From Mobula hypostoma (lineage: Eukaryota), in NCBI RefSeq assembly GCF_963921235.1, contig NC_086108.1:6324001-6388000 (forward strand): 64,000 nt of DNA, written 5' to 3'. A program made the translations under genes and the position numbers. The first letter of the stretch is position 1. Each line of letters begins with the position of its first letter. Under the pieces are notes generated by a model that worked only from the letters and a program-made list of their open reading frames with translations, made no database searches and had not been told where the DNA came from. Below, in pieces: positions 42,101-57,100 of the stretch.

Positions 42101-45100
42101 AGGGAGATGGGGGTTGGAGAGAGGGATGGAGGGAGATGTGTGGGAGAGAGGGACAGAGGGAGACAGGTGGGAGAAAGAGAGAGAGATGAGAAAGATGGGG
42201 GGAGAGAGGGACAGTGGGAGATGGAAAGAGGGGAACAGAGGGATGGGGAGACAAGGGAGAGAGGGATGGGGGAGACAGGAGAAGAGAGAGATGGAAAAAG
42301 ATGGCAGGAGAGAGGTGGATGAAGGAAGGCGGGGCAGAGAGACGGGGAGATAGGGGAAGTGAGGGATGGTGGGAGATGGGGGAAGAGAGGGACGGGGAGA
42401 CAGGGAGAGAGAGGGAGGGGGATGGGGAAAGTGAGGGACAGGGCAGACGGAGGAAGGGGAGTTGGGAGAGAGAGGGATGGGGGAGACAAGAGGAGAGATG
42501 GATGGGGAGGCAGAGAGAGGGACAGAGGGAGAGGGAGAGAGGGTCAGAGGGAGACGAGGGATGTAGAGAGTAGGACGGATGAGACTGGAGGGGGAGAGAG
42601 GGATGGAGGGAGAGGGAGAAAGGGTTGGGGATATGGAGGAAGAAAGAGTTACAGGGTAGATGGGGGAGAGGAATGGAGGGAAGGGGGTAGAAATGGACAG
42701 AGGGCCATCTCATGCCATCTTTTAGCTCCTCATTTGTTCCTACTTGCCTATACCTGCAAAGCACCTCTTTTTTATTCTCAAGCAGGGCTCAATATCTCTT
42801 GAAAACCAAGCTTTCCTACACCTGTGATCTTTACCTTTTATTCTGACAGGCCCATACAAGCTTTGCACTCTCAAAATTTCACTTTTGTCCCAATCTACAC
42901 TTGTCATATCCTTCCAAAACAATCAAAAATGGCATTTCTCCAATTCAGAATCACAACCCACAGACCAGAAATAATTTTTTCCATATTTATTTTGAAACTA
43001 ATGGCATCATAATCACTAGATGCAAAGTGTCCCCCCTACACAAACTTCTGTCACCTGCCCTGTCTCATACCCTGACAGCAGATCCACTATCGCACACTCT
43101 CTCGTCGGGACTTCTATGTACTGATTAAGGAAACATTCCTGAACACGTCCTGACAAACTCTACCCTATCTGCCCCTTTTATGGATTCCCAGTCAATGAGA
43201 AAAGTTAAAATCACCCTTATAACAACTTTATGTTTCTTGCAACAGTCTGTGATCTCTTTACAGATTTGTTCCTCTAAGTCCCTAGGACTGTTAGGTGGTC
43301 TGTAATATAGCCCCATTAACGTAGTCATACCTTTTTTTATTTCTCAGTTCCACGCACAATGCCTCATTAGATGAGTTCTTCAGTCTGCCCTGACCGAGCA
43401 GTGCCGTGACATTTCCCCTGACTAGTAATACCACCCCTCCCTCTCTGTCAAGTCTAAAACAACAGAGCCCTGGAATATCGAGCTGCCAGTCCTGCCCCTC
43501 CTGCAACCAAGTCTCACTAATAGCTATTTAAGTCCTCGATCCAGGACTTATATGCATCTAGAGTCAGGAAGCGAGCAAGCAGCATCATTGTAGACCCATC
43601 ACACCCTGGACATCACCTGTTCCAACTCCTTCCTTCTGGTAGGCGCTTTAGATCACTGTATGCCAGGACAAATAGGTACAAGAACAGTTTCTTTCAGTAT
43701 GCCATCAGTCTTATAAACACTTGAATTTTAGTCTATTATAAACCAAGTCCACCTGTACATACACAGGTATACCTCATTGTATACAGTTCACAATTATTTG
43801 CACTATTGTTTTGTTTGCTTTTTGATTCTGTACAGCGAGAGCTCAGGAAAACCGGCATCAAATTCCCTGTATGTGTCCACATACTTGGCGATAATAAAGG
43901 ATTCTGATTAAATCATAATTCCACGTGTTGATGCATGCCCTGGCCTACCCAGAGAATAATCTAATAATTCCCTCCCACATAGCCCTCCATTTTCAAATCA
44001 TCCAAAAAGTTCAAAGTTCGAAGTACATTTATTATCAAAGTATGTATAACCTTGAGATTTGTCTCTCTACAAGCAACCACGAAACAAAAATACTCAATAG
44101 AACCCATAAAAAATAAAACCATCCGCAGAAAGAGAAAAAATATCGTGCAAGCAACATTCTAAGAGTGTCTCAAATCTCAGAATCAGAATTAGAGTTAATA
44201 TCACTGGCATTTGTCCTGAAATGTGTTGTTTTGTAGCAGAGGTACATTGAAGATGATGAATCTGCCTCTACCTCCTCCCCCAGCAGTGCTTTCCATGTGC
44301 CTCACAGCCTCTGTGCATAAAAACCTCCCTCTGACATCCCCCAGCACTTCCCTCCATTCACCTTAAAATTATCCTCCAAGCAGATGACAAACTTGTCGTA
44401 GGGTTTGGAGGTTTACGTGACCCGGAGAGCCATGCTGGCTGGAGTCAGGGCTTTGGCTGTTGGTAGGCTCACCCTTGCCAAACAGGTCAACGGGTAAAGG
44501 GCAGGCTAAGAGTGGGTCCTCCAGATGATCTGCCAGTCCTGGGGAGGTTCAGCTCAGGGCTAACAACCCTGACTGGTAAAACAAAATTTTTACGGAAACA
44601 GAAATGAAAATTTCTTCTACGTCTGAGTGTGACAGTATTCCTGAGTCTCCATCCAAGTGTTGTATGTCTGACAGGAGTGAAAACTGAGAGGAAGCTACTG
44701 ACACAATGAAGGAAGCTCTGAACACCACCAGAGATGGAGGATCTTCATTGCTGCCCTAAACACCAGCGGTGTAATGGGCAGTAAGTATCTTAAAATGATG
44801 CCCCCTTCTATTAGTCATTCTGCCCTGGGAAAAAGGCATTGGCTGTCCCCCTATCTATATCTCTAATCATCTTACACACCCCTATCCTCCTCCCACCTCT
44901 CACCCTCATTTACTCCAGAGAGAACAGTCCTAGCTGGCTCAAAAGTCCTAACCTCATAAGACACGCTCTCTAACCCATGCCTTAACCTAGGGGTGGCCAA
45001 CCTTTACATTCTATGCGTCAATTTTCTCATGCATGAGTTCAGATGCGATTTTTTTCACACACGAGTGCTATATTAACATATTTTTACAAGAATTGAATGG

Positions 45101-48100
45101 GGGTACAAGAGTTGTATGGCACATCTGAACTCGTGCGTGAAAAAATTGACGCATGGAATGTAAAAGGTTGGCCACCCCTGCAATCCATAAACCCTACACC
45201 TCTAAATAAATAATTCTCCTGTGACCTTCTCTAACAGGGGACGGGAAGTGGAAGAGGGGCATTAGGGGAAGGGAGGAGAGGAGGCGGGGATGTGGAGGGG
45301 AGGGGGAGAGTTGGTATGATGTGTTATGTGTTTAGGGAGGTGGGAAGAGGCTTTAACTTCACTGAACAGACAATCAGACACGTGCGCACGGTCGCTGCTT
45401 ACCCGGACGGCTGGATTCGCCCCGTGCTCCAGCAGACACTTGACTGCTCCCAGGCAGAGGTTGGAGGCAGCGATGTGCAGGGCCGTTCCATGGTTAAAGT
45501 CACTGCAGGTGGAATTCAACACTGCAAGCACAGGGGAGGCTGTAGTGAGTCCTGGTGTGTCCCGTGGATGGGGAGAAGATCAAGACCGACAGCCCACAGA
45601 AAGGCCCAGACATTACCAGCTGCACTCAAGCCGCCGGTACTATGGGGTGAATGGCCTACTACTGGGCTGGAGGAATCTCCAGTGGCTGAAGGAGAACCTT
45701 GGCATCAGAATGACAAGTGGCACATGGGTAGAACCAGTGCCTTGTATATACAGAGAGACCGAGACAGACAGACAGAGAGAAAGTCAGACAAAGAGACAGA
45801 GAGAGACAGTGAGACAGAGACACAGAGAGAGACAGAGAAAGAAAGAGATAGACAGAGAGCGAGAGAGCGCGAGAGAGAGAGAGAGAGATATGACCCTCCT
45901 CTCTTTTCATTGAATGGAAATCCCAAACTGCATCCAACCACACCAACCAGAAACTCCAGTGGAACAGAAACCTCACCCACCACCCAGAACACATGTGCCC
46001 TCCACCACCGCTGGGGTGGGTGCACCATCAACAAAATGCATGGTAGTTATGAGCCTGCTCTCCTCCCAGACCTGCAGCTCACCCAACGTGAAGGCTCAGT
46101 GAGCCCATGTGCACAAAGAGGCCCCTCTCCAAGTCACACCTGCTCCTGACTTGAAATATCGCCAGTCCTTCATTGTTGCCCGGGGTCCACATCCTGGAAA
46201 TTCCTCCCCAGTTTGCACCATGGGAGCACCTTCGCTGGGAAGGAAGCTTTGCTGAGGCTCAACGCCACCCTCCCCAGAAGGATAGGCTGGCCAGCCTAGG
46301 GCAGCCCATAATCCGTTGCCGATGCACCTACCTTTTGATTTGTGAGCCTTAAGCAAGATGCGCGTTATTTCCGGCACGTCGAAGTAAGCAGCATAGTGGA
46401 GGGCATTCATGTTCGTCCAACGACTGCGTAGACCGACGTCAGCCCCGAGGGAGATCAGCTGGTTGCAGAGGCGTGCCGCAGCTACAGGGTCCCCTGCACA
46501 GAAACAGCAACCTCACCTTCACCAAACAGACAACCAACCAACTGAACCTGACCCAGAATACATCGGGGAACCTAGGAGTCACAGAGCACTGGAACAGGCC
46601 CTTTGGCCCATCTAGTCCATGCTGCATGTTAATCTGCCCATTCCCATCGACCTGCACTCTCACACCACCCTCTGAGTGAAGTTGTTCCCCTCATGTTCCT
46701 CCTAAACCCATGACCTCTAGTTTTAGTCTCAGCCATTCTCAGTGGAAAAAGCCTGCTTGCACTTAATTTTGTATGCCTCTATCAAATCTCCCCTTACTCT
46801 CTTATGCTTCAGGGGATAAAATCCTGATTTATTCAACCTTTCCCTGTAACTCGGTTCCTCAAGTCCCGGCAACATCCTTGTAAATCTTCTCCGTACTCTT
46901 TCAACCTTCAAAGATTCAAAGCACATTTATAATTAAAGTATATAACCCTGAGATTCATCTCCCCCCACAGATAGTCACGAAACAAAGAAAGCCATGGAAA
47001 GGAAAAGAAAGTATCGAACACCCAACGTGGAAACAAAAAAGAACAAATGGCAAGAAAACAAGTGAAAAGCACAGAATATAAAACATCAAACCACAGAGTG
47101 ATCGAAACAGTCCAGCAATGTTGAAGTTAGCTCAGTTCAGTTCAGTTTAGCACTGTTGTTCATTGAAACAGTCCAGGAATGTTGAGTTTAGCTCAGTTCA
47201 GTTCAATCACTGAGTTGTTCGTTGACTGCAGGCCGCAGAGCTCAGTCCGCCCAAATAAACATCACACAAAGTAGCAACAAAAAATGCAGTAACCCGAAAC
47301 CAGGGACACATAACATGAACCACAGAGTCTTTTTGACACCTTTGCAGCAACTGATAAAAGCTTGGTCCAAGGGGCGTGCGGGTGTTTATGAAACAGCTGG
47401 AAGGAGGATGGAGAAGGATTAACAGCCACCATTATTGGAATACCTCTCCCTCTCCCTCTTGTTTGTTGCTGCCGGAGTCTTGGCACTGGACAGGGTTTGA
47501 TTGGCACGGTTTGTGGGGACTCATTTTTAGAGGACTCCACAGTTCATGTTATGATGACTGGTTTCTGGTTACCCCTTTTTCAAAAATCGCTATTTTGTGT
47601 GATTTTGATCAGGGCTGATTGGCTCTGAGGCCTATAGTCAATGAACAACACAGCCCTAACTTGAACAGAACTGAACATTCCTAGGCTCTGTGGTTTGACG
47701 GTTAATATTGTGTGTGTTATTCACTCATTTTTTTCTGCCGTTTGTGCGTTTGTTTTTTTTTTGCACGTTGAATGCTTGATTTTTTTTCTTCTTTGAATGG
47801 GTTCCATGGAATTTGTTTGCTTCGTGGCTGTCTGCATGAAGATGAATCTCAGGGTTGTATTCTGCATACATACTTTGTTAATAAATGTACTTTTGAATCT
47901 TTGGATAATCAAAACACAAAATGTAAGTGGTCAGAATTGCAAATGAACATCTCTAGAAGGTTACAGAGAGAGAGAGAGATAAGAAAATAAAAAGCTTTGA
48001 TAAAAAGGGCAAGAATCAATCTTTCTCTCTCCCTCCCTCCTTCCCCTTTCTCCCCCAGCTCCCTCCATGACCACTCCCCCTCTCCTGTTGGTGACACAGC

Positions 48101-51100
48101 AGATTGTAAGATTGGAACAGCGAGCTGTTCTCCCCTCTCACTGTTGCAGGAGCGATCTCTCTCTCTCTGTCCCTCGACAGTGATAGAGAGAGCTTGTCTG
48201 AGATGTCAAAGTGTTGGGATGGACAGTGGCGTTTGATGGACTCTAGATCATGGTCTCCAGAGGGCTTGCTGTTGCTTGATGGTGGGTGGAAGGGGGCTGA
48301 CCCTTTTGCTGGGCAAATGGGGGAAGGAGGAGGGGGTGTCGATGCTTTAACTGCAGCTTATGTATGGGAGAAGGAGAGTGGGCTTTGGGGTTCTGATGGT
48401 TCTGTCATTCACTCATTGGGATTTTTTTCCTGTTTCGTGGCTGCCCTGTGTAGAGTAAGAATTTCAGGTTGTATACAGTATACGCTCTCTGATATTAAAT
48501 TGAACCATTTGAATCTTTGACAAGTTTCAAGTTGGGGTGTTGGGAGCAGGGAAAGCACGAACAACGTACACGCTACTGGCAGAGCTCAGCAGGTCAGGCA
48601 GCATCAATGGAGGGAAATGGGCAGCTGACGTTTCCAGTTGAGGCCCTTTACTTGGACTGAAACTTCGAGGCGAGATGGCTGGTGCAGAGGTGGAGGAAAT
48701 GAGCGGAGTAAAAGCCAGCAGGTGATGGGTGGATCCAGGTGAGGAATGGTGAGAGGCAGATGGAGGAGGAGAGAGTGGGAACAGTGACAGAGGCTGGGAG
48801 GTGATGGGTGGATCCAGGGGTGGAGGGGCGAATAGTAGATGGGAGGGTGGGAACAGTGACAGAGGCTGGGAGGTGATGAGTGGATCCAGGGGTGGAGGGG
48901 CGAATAGTAGATGGGAGGGTGGGAACAGTGACAGAGGCTGGGAGGTGATGAGTGGATCCAGGTGAGGTGACTTGTGTTAATATTATTCTGTGTCTGTATG
49001 CACTGGATCGTAACTATATGTGCTGTGTGTGACTGTATGGGCTGTGTTTTACACCTTGACCCCGTAGTATGGAAGGTCTAGTTATTAGCCGATGGAAAAT
49101 TGTTCTGAAAGTGGCTTCCATGGTGCCAGTTAATGATGGGCCTGCTCAAGGTATGTAGCTGCCTTCCTATTGGTTAACTCCTGTGCCCTGAGGCACCCGT
49201 TTCTGCTCCTAAGCCATGTGCTGTGATACCTGTGGCTGCCTTTTGGTCCTCAGGTGTATAAAGGTGAGGGAGTGAGTCTCTCTCTGTTTTGGGACCCTGA
49301 GCTGCAGGTAGCACTGGCGAAACCATTTGGACGGTGTACTGCAGTTCCAAAGTGGTGTTAAGGTAGTGGCTGGATCCAAAGCAGTCTAAGAGCAAGGAAT
49401 GACACGCTGTTCAGCTGATTTAAGTGCCGGGCCAGGTTAAAAAGGTCAGGGTGCCGGGACTGGAGGCAAGAGCCGGGCTAATCCGCGACGTTTGCTCTGC
49501 TCTATGCTGGACTACAGTGACACCTGGCTTTGTGTCCATGGTCTCACGTCACTTACTCGGCTTTGGAATGGACGATGGCTGGTGTCTGTGCCAGCTGCAG
49601 CAACATCTGGCTTTGTGTCTTTCATAAAAACCAGTTCCGAAGCTACTTGATTACTTTTGATGTTTACATGTTTTTTTTACTCTTTCTCTCTGTGCATTGG
49701 GTCTTTTTTTTTGTTGGGTTCTTTTGAGGTTTCTTTGTTTTGTGGCTGCCTGTGAAGAGACGAATCTCAAAGCTGTATGATGTATATACGTGCTTTGATA
49801 ATAAATGTACTTTGAACTTTGAGTTAATAGGGGAGGAACTCATGTTTCAGGTAAATACCTCGTTAAGTAGTTGTTTATTGCTTGTTTGATGTTGTGTAAC
49901 TTGGACAGATTTAGCAAGTGCATGGAATGCGAGCAGTTTCTATAGTTTGAGTGACTTGGATGAGTGCTTGTTCGACTTACAGGCGTGTAAAGTGTTTCAT
50001 TGCTTGCTTGTGAATAAACAGTTGCTCACAATCAGCGTCTGCTGTTTCACTTACCAAACCCGCAAACCTGCTTTTGCACAACACCACCTCGGGAACGACG
50101 TTTCATTCAGTTCTATGCATGCGTATGGTTGAATGAAAATAAACTTGAAAGGCAGGGGTGACACCCTGCCACTTTTCCCTGCGATTATCTGCCCCATTTG
50201 GGAGCGAACACACAGACTCCGAAATCTGACCACTTTCACCACCTACCGACGCCGTGCGCTCCGGCCTTGCAGGCGTAGTGTAGCAGGGTCATGTCCGTCA
50301 GCCCATCACGGTCGTTGACGTGGCAACCTCGCTTGAGAATCTGTATTGGCAACAAAGATAAATCAGCAGGAGGCATTCTCAGTAATCGGGGGGTGGGGGG
50401 AATCTCATTCATCCCATGCTAAAGCAGGTCAGACGAGCATATTAACAAAAGGCAGAGGTTAACCTGGGTAAAAATGGACCACTGGATATTTGAACACCAG
50501 GTCTCAAATCCTGGATGCTCCCAGGACTTACAGACATGAGCTAAAGGGGGAGGCTGGGCAATCTTGGACTTTAGTCCTTGGAGCATGGGAGATGTATAAA
50601 GTCATGAGGTCCCTCATGATAGACCCAAATTCCCTTATTTTATCGCCTGTATGTCAAAACATCCCGTGCAGCACTCACAAAAAGCTGGAGCAATGCAAAG
50701 GAAAGAGATTTGGTGTTTCTGGCCGAGTCTCTTCATCAGGACAGGAAAGGAAGGCGGAAAAGGCCTGAATGGGAGGCAGAGGAGGAGTACAAACTGGAAG
50801 GTGATATAGAAAGAATAGGCTGAACGTGAAGCCAGGTAAAGGGGAATATTCAGTACTGTGCAAAGGTCTTAGCCATATACATATAGCTAGGGCAACTAAG
50901 ACTTCCGCACAGCACTGTAGTAATTTTATGTTTTGGACTGTACAACTGACTCAAAACCATAACAAATTTCATGACGTATGTGAGCGATGATAAACCTGAT
51001 TCTGATCTGGGTCTCTATTGTGGACTGAGAGTGGGAAGGGGACAGGGAGAGGAGAATCACGGTTGGGAAAAGGGGAAGGGAGAGGGGAGGGTGTGGGAAG

Positions 51101-54100
51101 CACCAGAGAGACATCCTGTCTGGAATCAAATGCCTTTGCCCGGTGTCTCAGGGTTGCATGTGTCTGCACCCTCACTACCCCCAACCTTAAACCTATTCTC
51201 TCCATATCACCTTCCAGCCCTCAATCGCCCAGTTCACGCCCTCTTCTCATTGCTACCATCAGGGAGGAGGTACAGAAACCTGAAGACACACACTCAACAA
51301 TTCAAAAACAGCTTCCTTTTCCTCTGTCATCCGATTTCTAAATGGACATTGAACACGTGAACACTACCCATTTTTATTTCTCTCTTTTTGCACTAGTCAT
51401 TTAATTTAACTTTATATATTTACTGTAATTCAGTTTTTATGTATTGCATTGTATATATTTACGGTAACTCAGTTTTTATTTTTATGTATCGCATTGTACT
51501 GCTGCTGCAAAGACAACAAAATTCATAATGTATGTCGGTGATACTAAACCTGATTCAAAAAGGCGGCATCCATCATTAAGGACCCCATCACCCAGGACAT
51601 GCCCTCTTCTCATTGCTACCATCAGGAAGGAGCTACAGGAGCCTGAAGACACATTCAATGATTCAGGAACAGCTTCTTCCCCTCTGTCATCCAATTTCTA
51701 AGTGGACATGAACACTACCTCACTACTTTTTATTCTCTTTTTTGCACAACTTATTTAATTTCATAAAACGCATATATCCTGTAATTCATAGTTTTTGTTA
51801 TTCTGTAATGCAATGTATTGCTACCGCAGAGCAACGAATTTTCCTACATGTGGCAGTGATATTAAACCTGATTCTGATTCTGAGACAGGATCACATGCAG
51901 CTGAAAAGCTTGCCTTGCACTCTATTGATACAGATCAAATCATTAAACAGTGCATTCAGCTAGAACCAGGTAAACCAATAACATAATACAGATCCAAGTG
52001 TAACAGCTACAGAGGAAGTGCACTGCAGTCAGACAATGAGATGCAGGCTCATAACGACATACGTAGTTTATGAGGTTGACAGACCCGAGGGGCACCTTCT
52101 TCACACAGGCAATGGTGGGTACAGGGACGAGCTGCCAAAGGAAGTCATTGAGGCAGCTACAGGACAATAAAACTCTCAGGGAACATTTGGATAAATTCAC
52201 AGATAGTAGGGTGTTTCGAAGGATGTGGATCAGACACCATGGATGAGTTGGGCCGAAGGGTCTGTTTCTAAGCTGTATGAGAAGGGGAGGGGGGAGGGTA
52301 GATGCTTTGCTGTTGCTTGTGCATGGGAGAGGGGGAGGACAGGCTCTGGGGCTTAAGCATTTTTTCCTGCCATTCACTCTTTGTGTTTTTTTTCTGTCTG
52401 GTGGATGTCTGTGAAGAGTAAGGATTTCAGGCTGTACACTGTATCCATTCTCTGACATTAAATTGAACCATTACTCTTTGAATTATAAGCTGATGGTCAA
52501 ACCAGAGACCGACAGATTCAGGTGGAGAGGGATATAGAAGGTTACAGAGCCAAGCAGGTAGGTGTGTTCAGGCACACATCATAGATGGGGTAGCTACCGG
52601 GAAACTTTGCCCCCCACCACCTGAGGCATCTAATATTTTCTGGCTTATATGATAGATGGAGCCCAAACAGCCTGAAGCATTGTTGGGGACCCCACCACCT
52701 GTCCCACAATCTCTTTGACCCACAACCGGCAGGAAGGAGGTACAGGAGCATCAGGACTCGGACTGCCAGGCTGGGCAACAGCTTCTTCCCTCGGGCTGTG
52801 AGAGTAATGAATACCCTGTCACTCCCGAGGTCTCGTCACTACCGCAGCGAGCTGTTTACTGCTTACCTTTGCTGCACACTACATGCACTTTGAACTATAG
52901 TTTATGAATTTATTTACGGTAATATATTGTTTTATGTACTGTGTGTGATATATGTTTTGCGTGTGCTCCACGGTCCAGAGGAACATCGTTTTGTTTGGTC
53001 GTATATATGTAAGTCAGATGATAATAAACTTGAACTTTGAATCTTCTAACACCTGCCAGCTTGTACTCCTTCCTCTCCCCCCCCCCCACCTTCTTATCCT
53101 GGCTTCTGCCCCCCTTCCTTTGCAGTCCTGACAGAGCAGAAGTTCTCAGCCTGGGGTCCATGGACCTCACAGCTAATGGTAAGGGTCCATGGCATAAAAC
53201 CCCTTGTGATAATAGGTCTCAGCTGAAATGTTGACTGTTCACTCCTCCCTACCACCGAAGTCTTGTCACTAGGGCAGTGAGCCATTTACTGTTTACCTGT
53301 GATGCATACTACATGCATTTGGAATATTTTATTAACTTATGGTAATTTATAGTTTTATGTGATGTATGTCATGTGGGTGCATTGATTTGTTTGGTTGTGT
53401 ATATGTACAGTCAGATGACAATAAACTTGAAACTTGAGCACTTGAAAGCACAGAAGGCAACAGCTGGTAAATGGGATTTGTCCAGGCTGGTCCTTGATGG
53501 CCACCATGGACGAGATGGGCTGAATGGCCTGTTCACAACAAATCAAAAGGAACACCAGGACGTACTCGTGTGCCTGACTCTGCCACATACTTTCCTCAAT
53601 TGTTCTATGACTTTGCTAAAAATGAACCTTAAAGACCAAGCCTGAAAACTAACTGGTTGTTAAGTTCACAAAGTTCCAAGTAGATTTATCATCAAGGTAC
53701 ATACTGTATAAAAGACCATAAAATATAGGAGCAGAATTAGGCTATTTGGCCCATTTCATCATGGCTGATCCAATCCTCCTCTCAGCCCCAATCTCCTGCC
53801 TTCTCCCCGTACCCCTTCACGCCCTGACCAATCAAGAATCTATCAACACACAAAAATAAAATGCCTTAAATACACTCAAAGACTTGGCCTCCACAGCCGT
53901 CTGTGAAAAAGAATTCCACAGATTCACCACTCTCTGGCTAAAGAAATTCCTCTTCATCTCCATTCTAAAAGGGCACCCCTCTATTCTGAGGCTGTGTCCT
54001 CTGGTCTAAGACTCTGCCATCATAGGAGACATCCTCTCCACATCCACTCCATCAGGCCCTGTCTCCATTCGATGGGTAACTTCATTGAAACCTCTCATTC

Positions 54101-57100
54101 TTCTGAATTATAGTGAACACAGACCCAGAGCCATCAAACATTCTTCACATGACAAGCCATTCAAAGAACATCCCTTGAACCCTCTCCAGTTTCAGCACAT
54201 CCTTTCTAAGGGGCCCAAAACTGCTGACAATACTGCAAGTGAGGCCTCACCAGTGCTTTATAAAGTCTCAACATTACACCTTTGCTTTCATATTTCAGTC
54301 CTCTTGAAATGAACGCTAACACTGCATTTGCCTTCCTCACCACAGACTCGACCTGCAAATTAACCTTTAGGGAATCCTGCACAAGGACTTCCAAGTCCCT
54401 TTGCACCCCAGGTTTTTGTATTTTCTCTCCATTTAGAAAATAGTCAACTCTTTCATTAATTCTACCAAAGTGCATGACCATACACCTCCCGACACCATAT
54501 TCCATCTGCCACTTCTTTGCCCATTTTCCAAATCCGTCTAAGTGCTTCCATAGCCTCTCTACTTCCTCAAAACTACCTGCCCCTCCACCTATCTTCATAT
54601 AGTCTGCAAACTTTGCAACAAAGCCATCAATTCCATCATCCAAATCATTGACATGTAAAGAGAGTCTATCACAACACCGACCCCTGTGGAACACCACTAG
54701 TCACTGATACATGTCACCAAATACTACCCTGAGATGCATTTCCTTGCAGGCATTCACAGTCGAACACAGAAATCCAATAGAGTTAATGAAAAACTACACG
54801 CAGACTGAAAAACAATCAGTGAGCAAAAAGAAGACAAACTGTGCAAATAAGTAAATAAAATAAATAATACTGAGAACATAAGTTGTTGAGCCCTTGAAAG
54901 TGAGTCTGTAAGTTGTGGAATCATTTCAGAGTTGAGGTGATTGGAGTTATCCACACTGGTTCAGGAGCCTGATGGCTGTGGGGTAATAACTGTTCCTGAA
55001 CCTGGTGGTGTGGGACCTGAGGCTCATTGTGGGAGGTGAAGTTATCCACACTGGTTCAGGAGCCTGATGGTTGTGGGGTGATAACTGTTCCTGAACCTGG
55101 TGGTGTGGGACCTGAGGCTCATTGTGGTGAGTGAAGTTATCCACACTGGTTCAGGAGCCTGATGGTTGTGGGTTAATAACTGTTCCTGAACCTGGTGGTG
55201 TGGGACCTGAGGCTCATTGTGGTGAGTGAAGTTATCCACACTGGTTCAGGAGCCTGATGGTTGAGGGGTAATAACTGTTCCTGAACCTGGTGGTGTGGGA
55301 CCTGAGGCTCATTGTGGTGAGTGAAGTTATCCACACTGGTTCAAGAGCCTGATGGTTGTGGGGTAATAACTGTTCCTGAACCTGGTGGTGTGGGACCTGA
55401 GGCTCATTGTGGTCAGTGAAGTTATCCACACTGGTTCAGGAGCCTGATGGTTGTGGGGTAATAACTGTTCCTGAACCTGGTGGTGTGGGACCTGAGGCTC
55501 ATTGTGCTGAGTGAAGTTATCCACACTGGTTCAGGAGCCTGATGGCTGTGGGGTAATAACTGTTCCTGAACCTGGTGGTGTGGGACCTGAGGCTCATTGT
55601 GGTGAGTGAAGCTATCCACACTGGTTCAGGAGTCTGATGGTTGAGGGGTAATAACTGTTCCTGAACCTGGTGGTGTGGGACCTGAGACTTCTATGTCCCC
55701 TGCCCAATGGCAGCAGCGGGAAAAGAGCTTGGCCTGGATGGTGGGGTCCTGACAACGGATGCTGCTTCCTTGCAGCAGCACCACAAACTGGATGACGCAA
55801 TACACAAGTTCTGCCGGCCTCCCTATCCAACACTTCATCACACCTGACTGTACTCCTGAAGGTCAGATGACCCTGTTCAGACTGAGCTTGGGTCTGTTTA
55901 AAAGCAGCAATCGATCACTAATACACAGCTGGACTGGGGTTAACTGAGTCATGCACACGGTGTATCAGGAGATATATGGCTCTGAAGAATCAATGCTCCC
56001 TTGGGCTTTCAACCACCAATATTCATCACTGCCCCAGTAATGCTTCATAAATAACCTCATATTTCTCCCTTTGCATTGCTACACAGGTTTAGTTATCGAT
56101 GCCTTTTTCAGAGAGAAAAGAGAGGCTCACATACAAAATGTGTGGCACGTGGCCAAGTGGTTAGGGTGTTAGACTAGTGATCTGAAGGTTGTGGGTTCGA
56201 GCCTCGGCCGGGGCAGCGTGTGTGTCCTTGAGCAAGGCACTTAACCACACAATGCTCCAGTCTACCCAGCTGAGAATGGGTGGCAGCAAAAATGCTGGGG
56301 GTTAACCTCGTGATAGACTAGCGTCCTATCTGAGGGGGAGTCTCGTACTCTCAGTCGCTTCGTGCCACGGAAATCGGCATAAGCACGAGCCTGGTGGGCC
56401 ACAAGGCTCGTGACAGACTTTAATTAACACACAAAATGCTGGAGGAATACAGCAGGTCAGGAAGCATCTGTAGAGAAGAATAAACAGTCAATGTTTCCGG
56501 CCGTGAAGGGTCTCGGCCCAAAACCCACCTTCTCACTCTGGCATCATCACCCTTCCTTTCCAGCCTGATGAAGGGTCTTGGCCCGAAATGTCAACTGTTT
56601 ATTCATTCCTATATATTCTGCCTGACCTGCTGAGTTCCTCTGTGTTGCTCTGGATTTCCAGCATCTGCAGAATCTCTTGTGTTTGAGATTTATGGCCAAA
56701 TACTGAATTAACTTTATCACTAAATTTGTCCCACACACAGCACCGCCATTCCCAGAGAGAGATATATGAAAAGGCTGTTGCCCTGTCAAACGACAGTCAC
56801 TTCATCCTCCCCAGTTTCCTGAATCATGATTAGAGGTTCTCTGTCTTTACAGCTCTCCCCACCATTGAGCACATCTACAGTTTGTACATTGAGCACTGCC
56901 ACAAGAAAGCAGCATCCATCATCAAGGACCTCACCATCCTGGCCATGAGCTCTTCTCACTGCTACCCTTGGTCAAGTGGTACAGGAGCTTTAGGTCGCAC
57001 ACCACCAGGTTTAGGAATGGTTACCTAACAACCATCAGGCTCCTGAACCAGTGTGGATAATTTCATTGACCACAATGAGCCTCAGGTCCCACCACCAGGT

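Noticed and set aside
41454..42764. 436-aa ORF as a single gene
   Set aside because: Only 41529-41765 is a CLIP3 exon; the rest is stop-poor low-complexity C/T sequence giving Pro/Ser/Leu-rich text.
45292..46149. 285-aa plus-strand ORF
   Set aside because: It is antisense to a CLIP3 exon and runs through a (GA)n microsatellite, with no recognisable domain.
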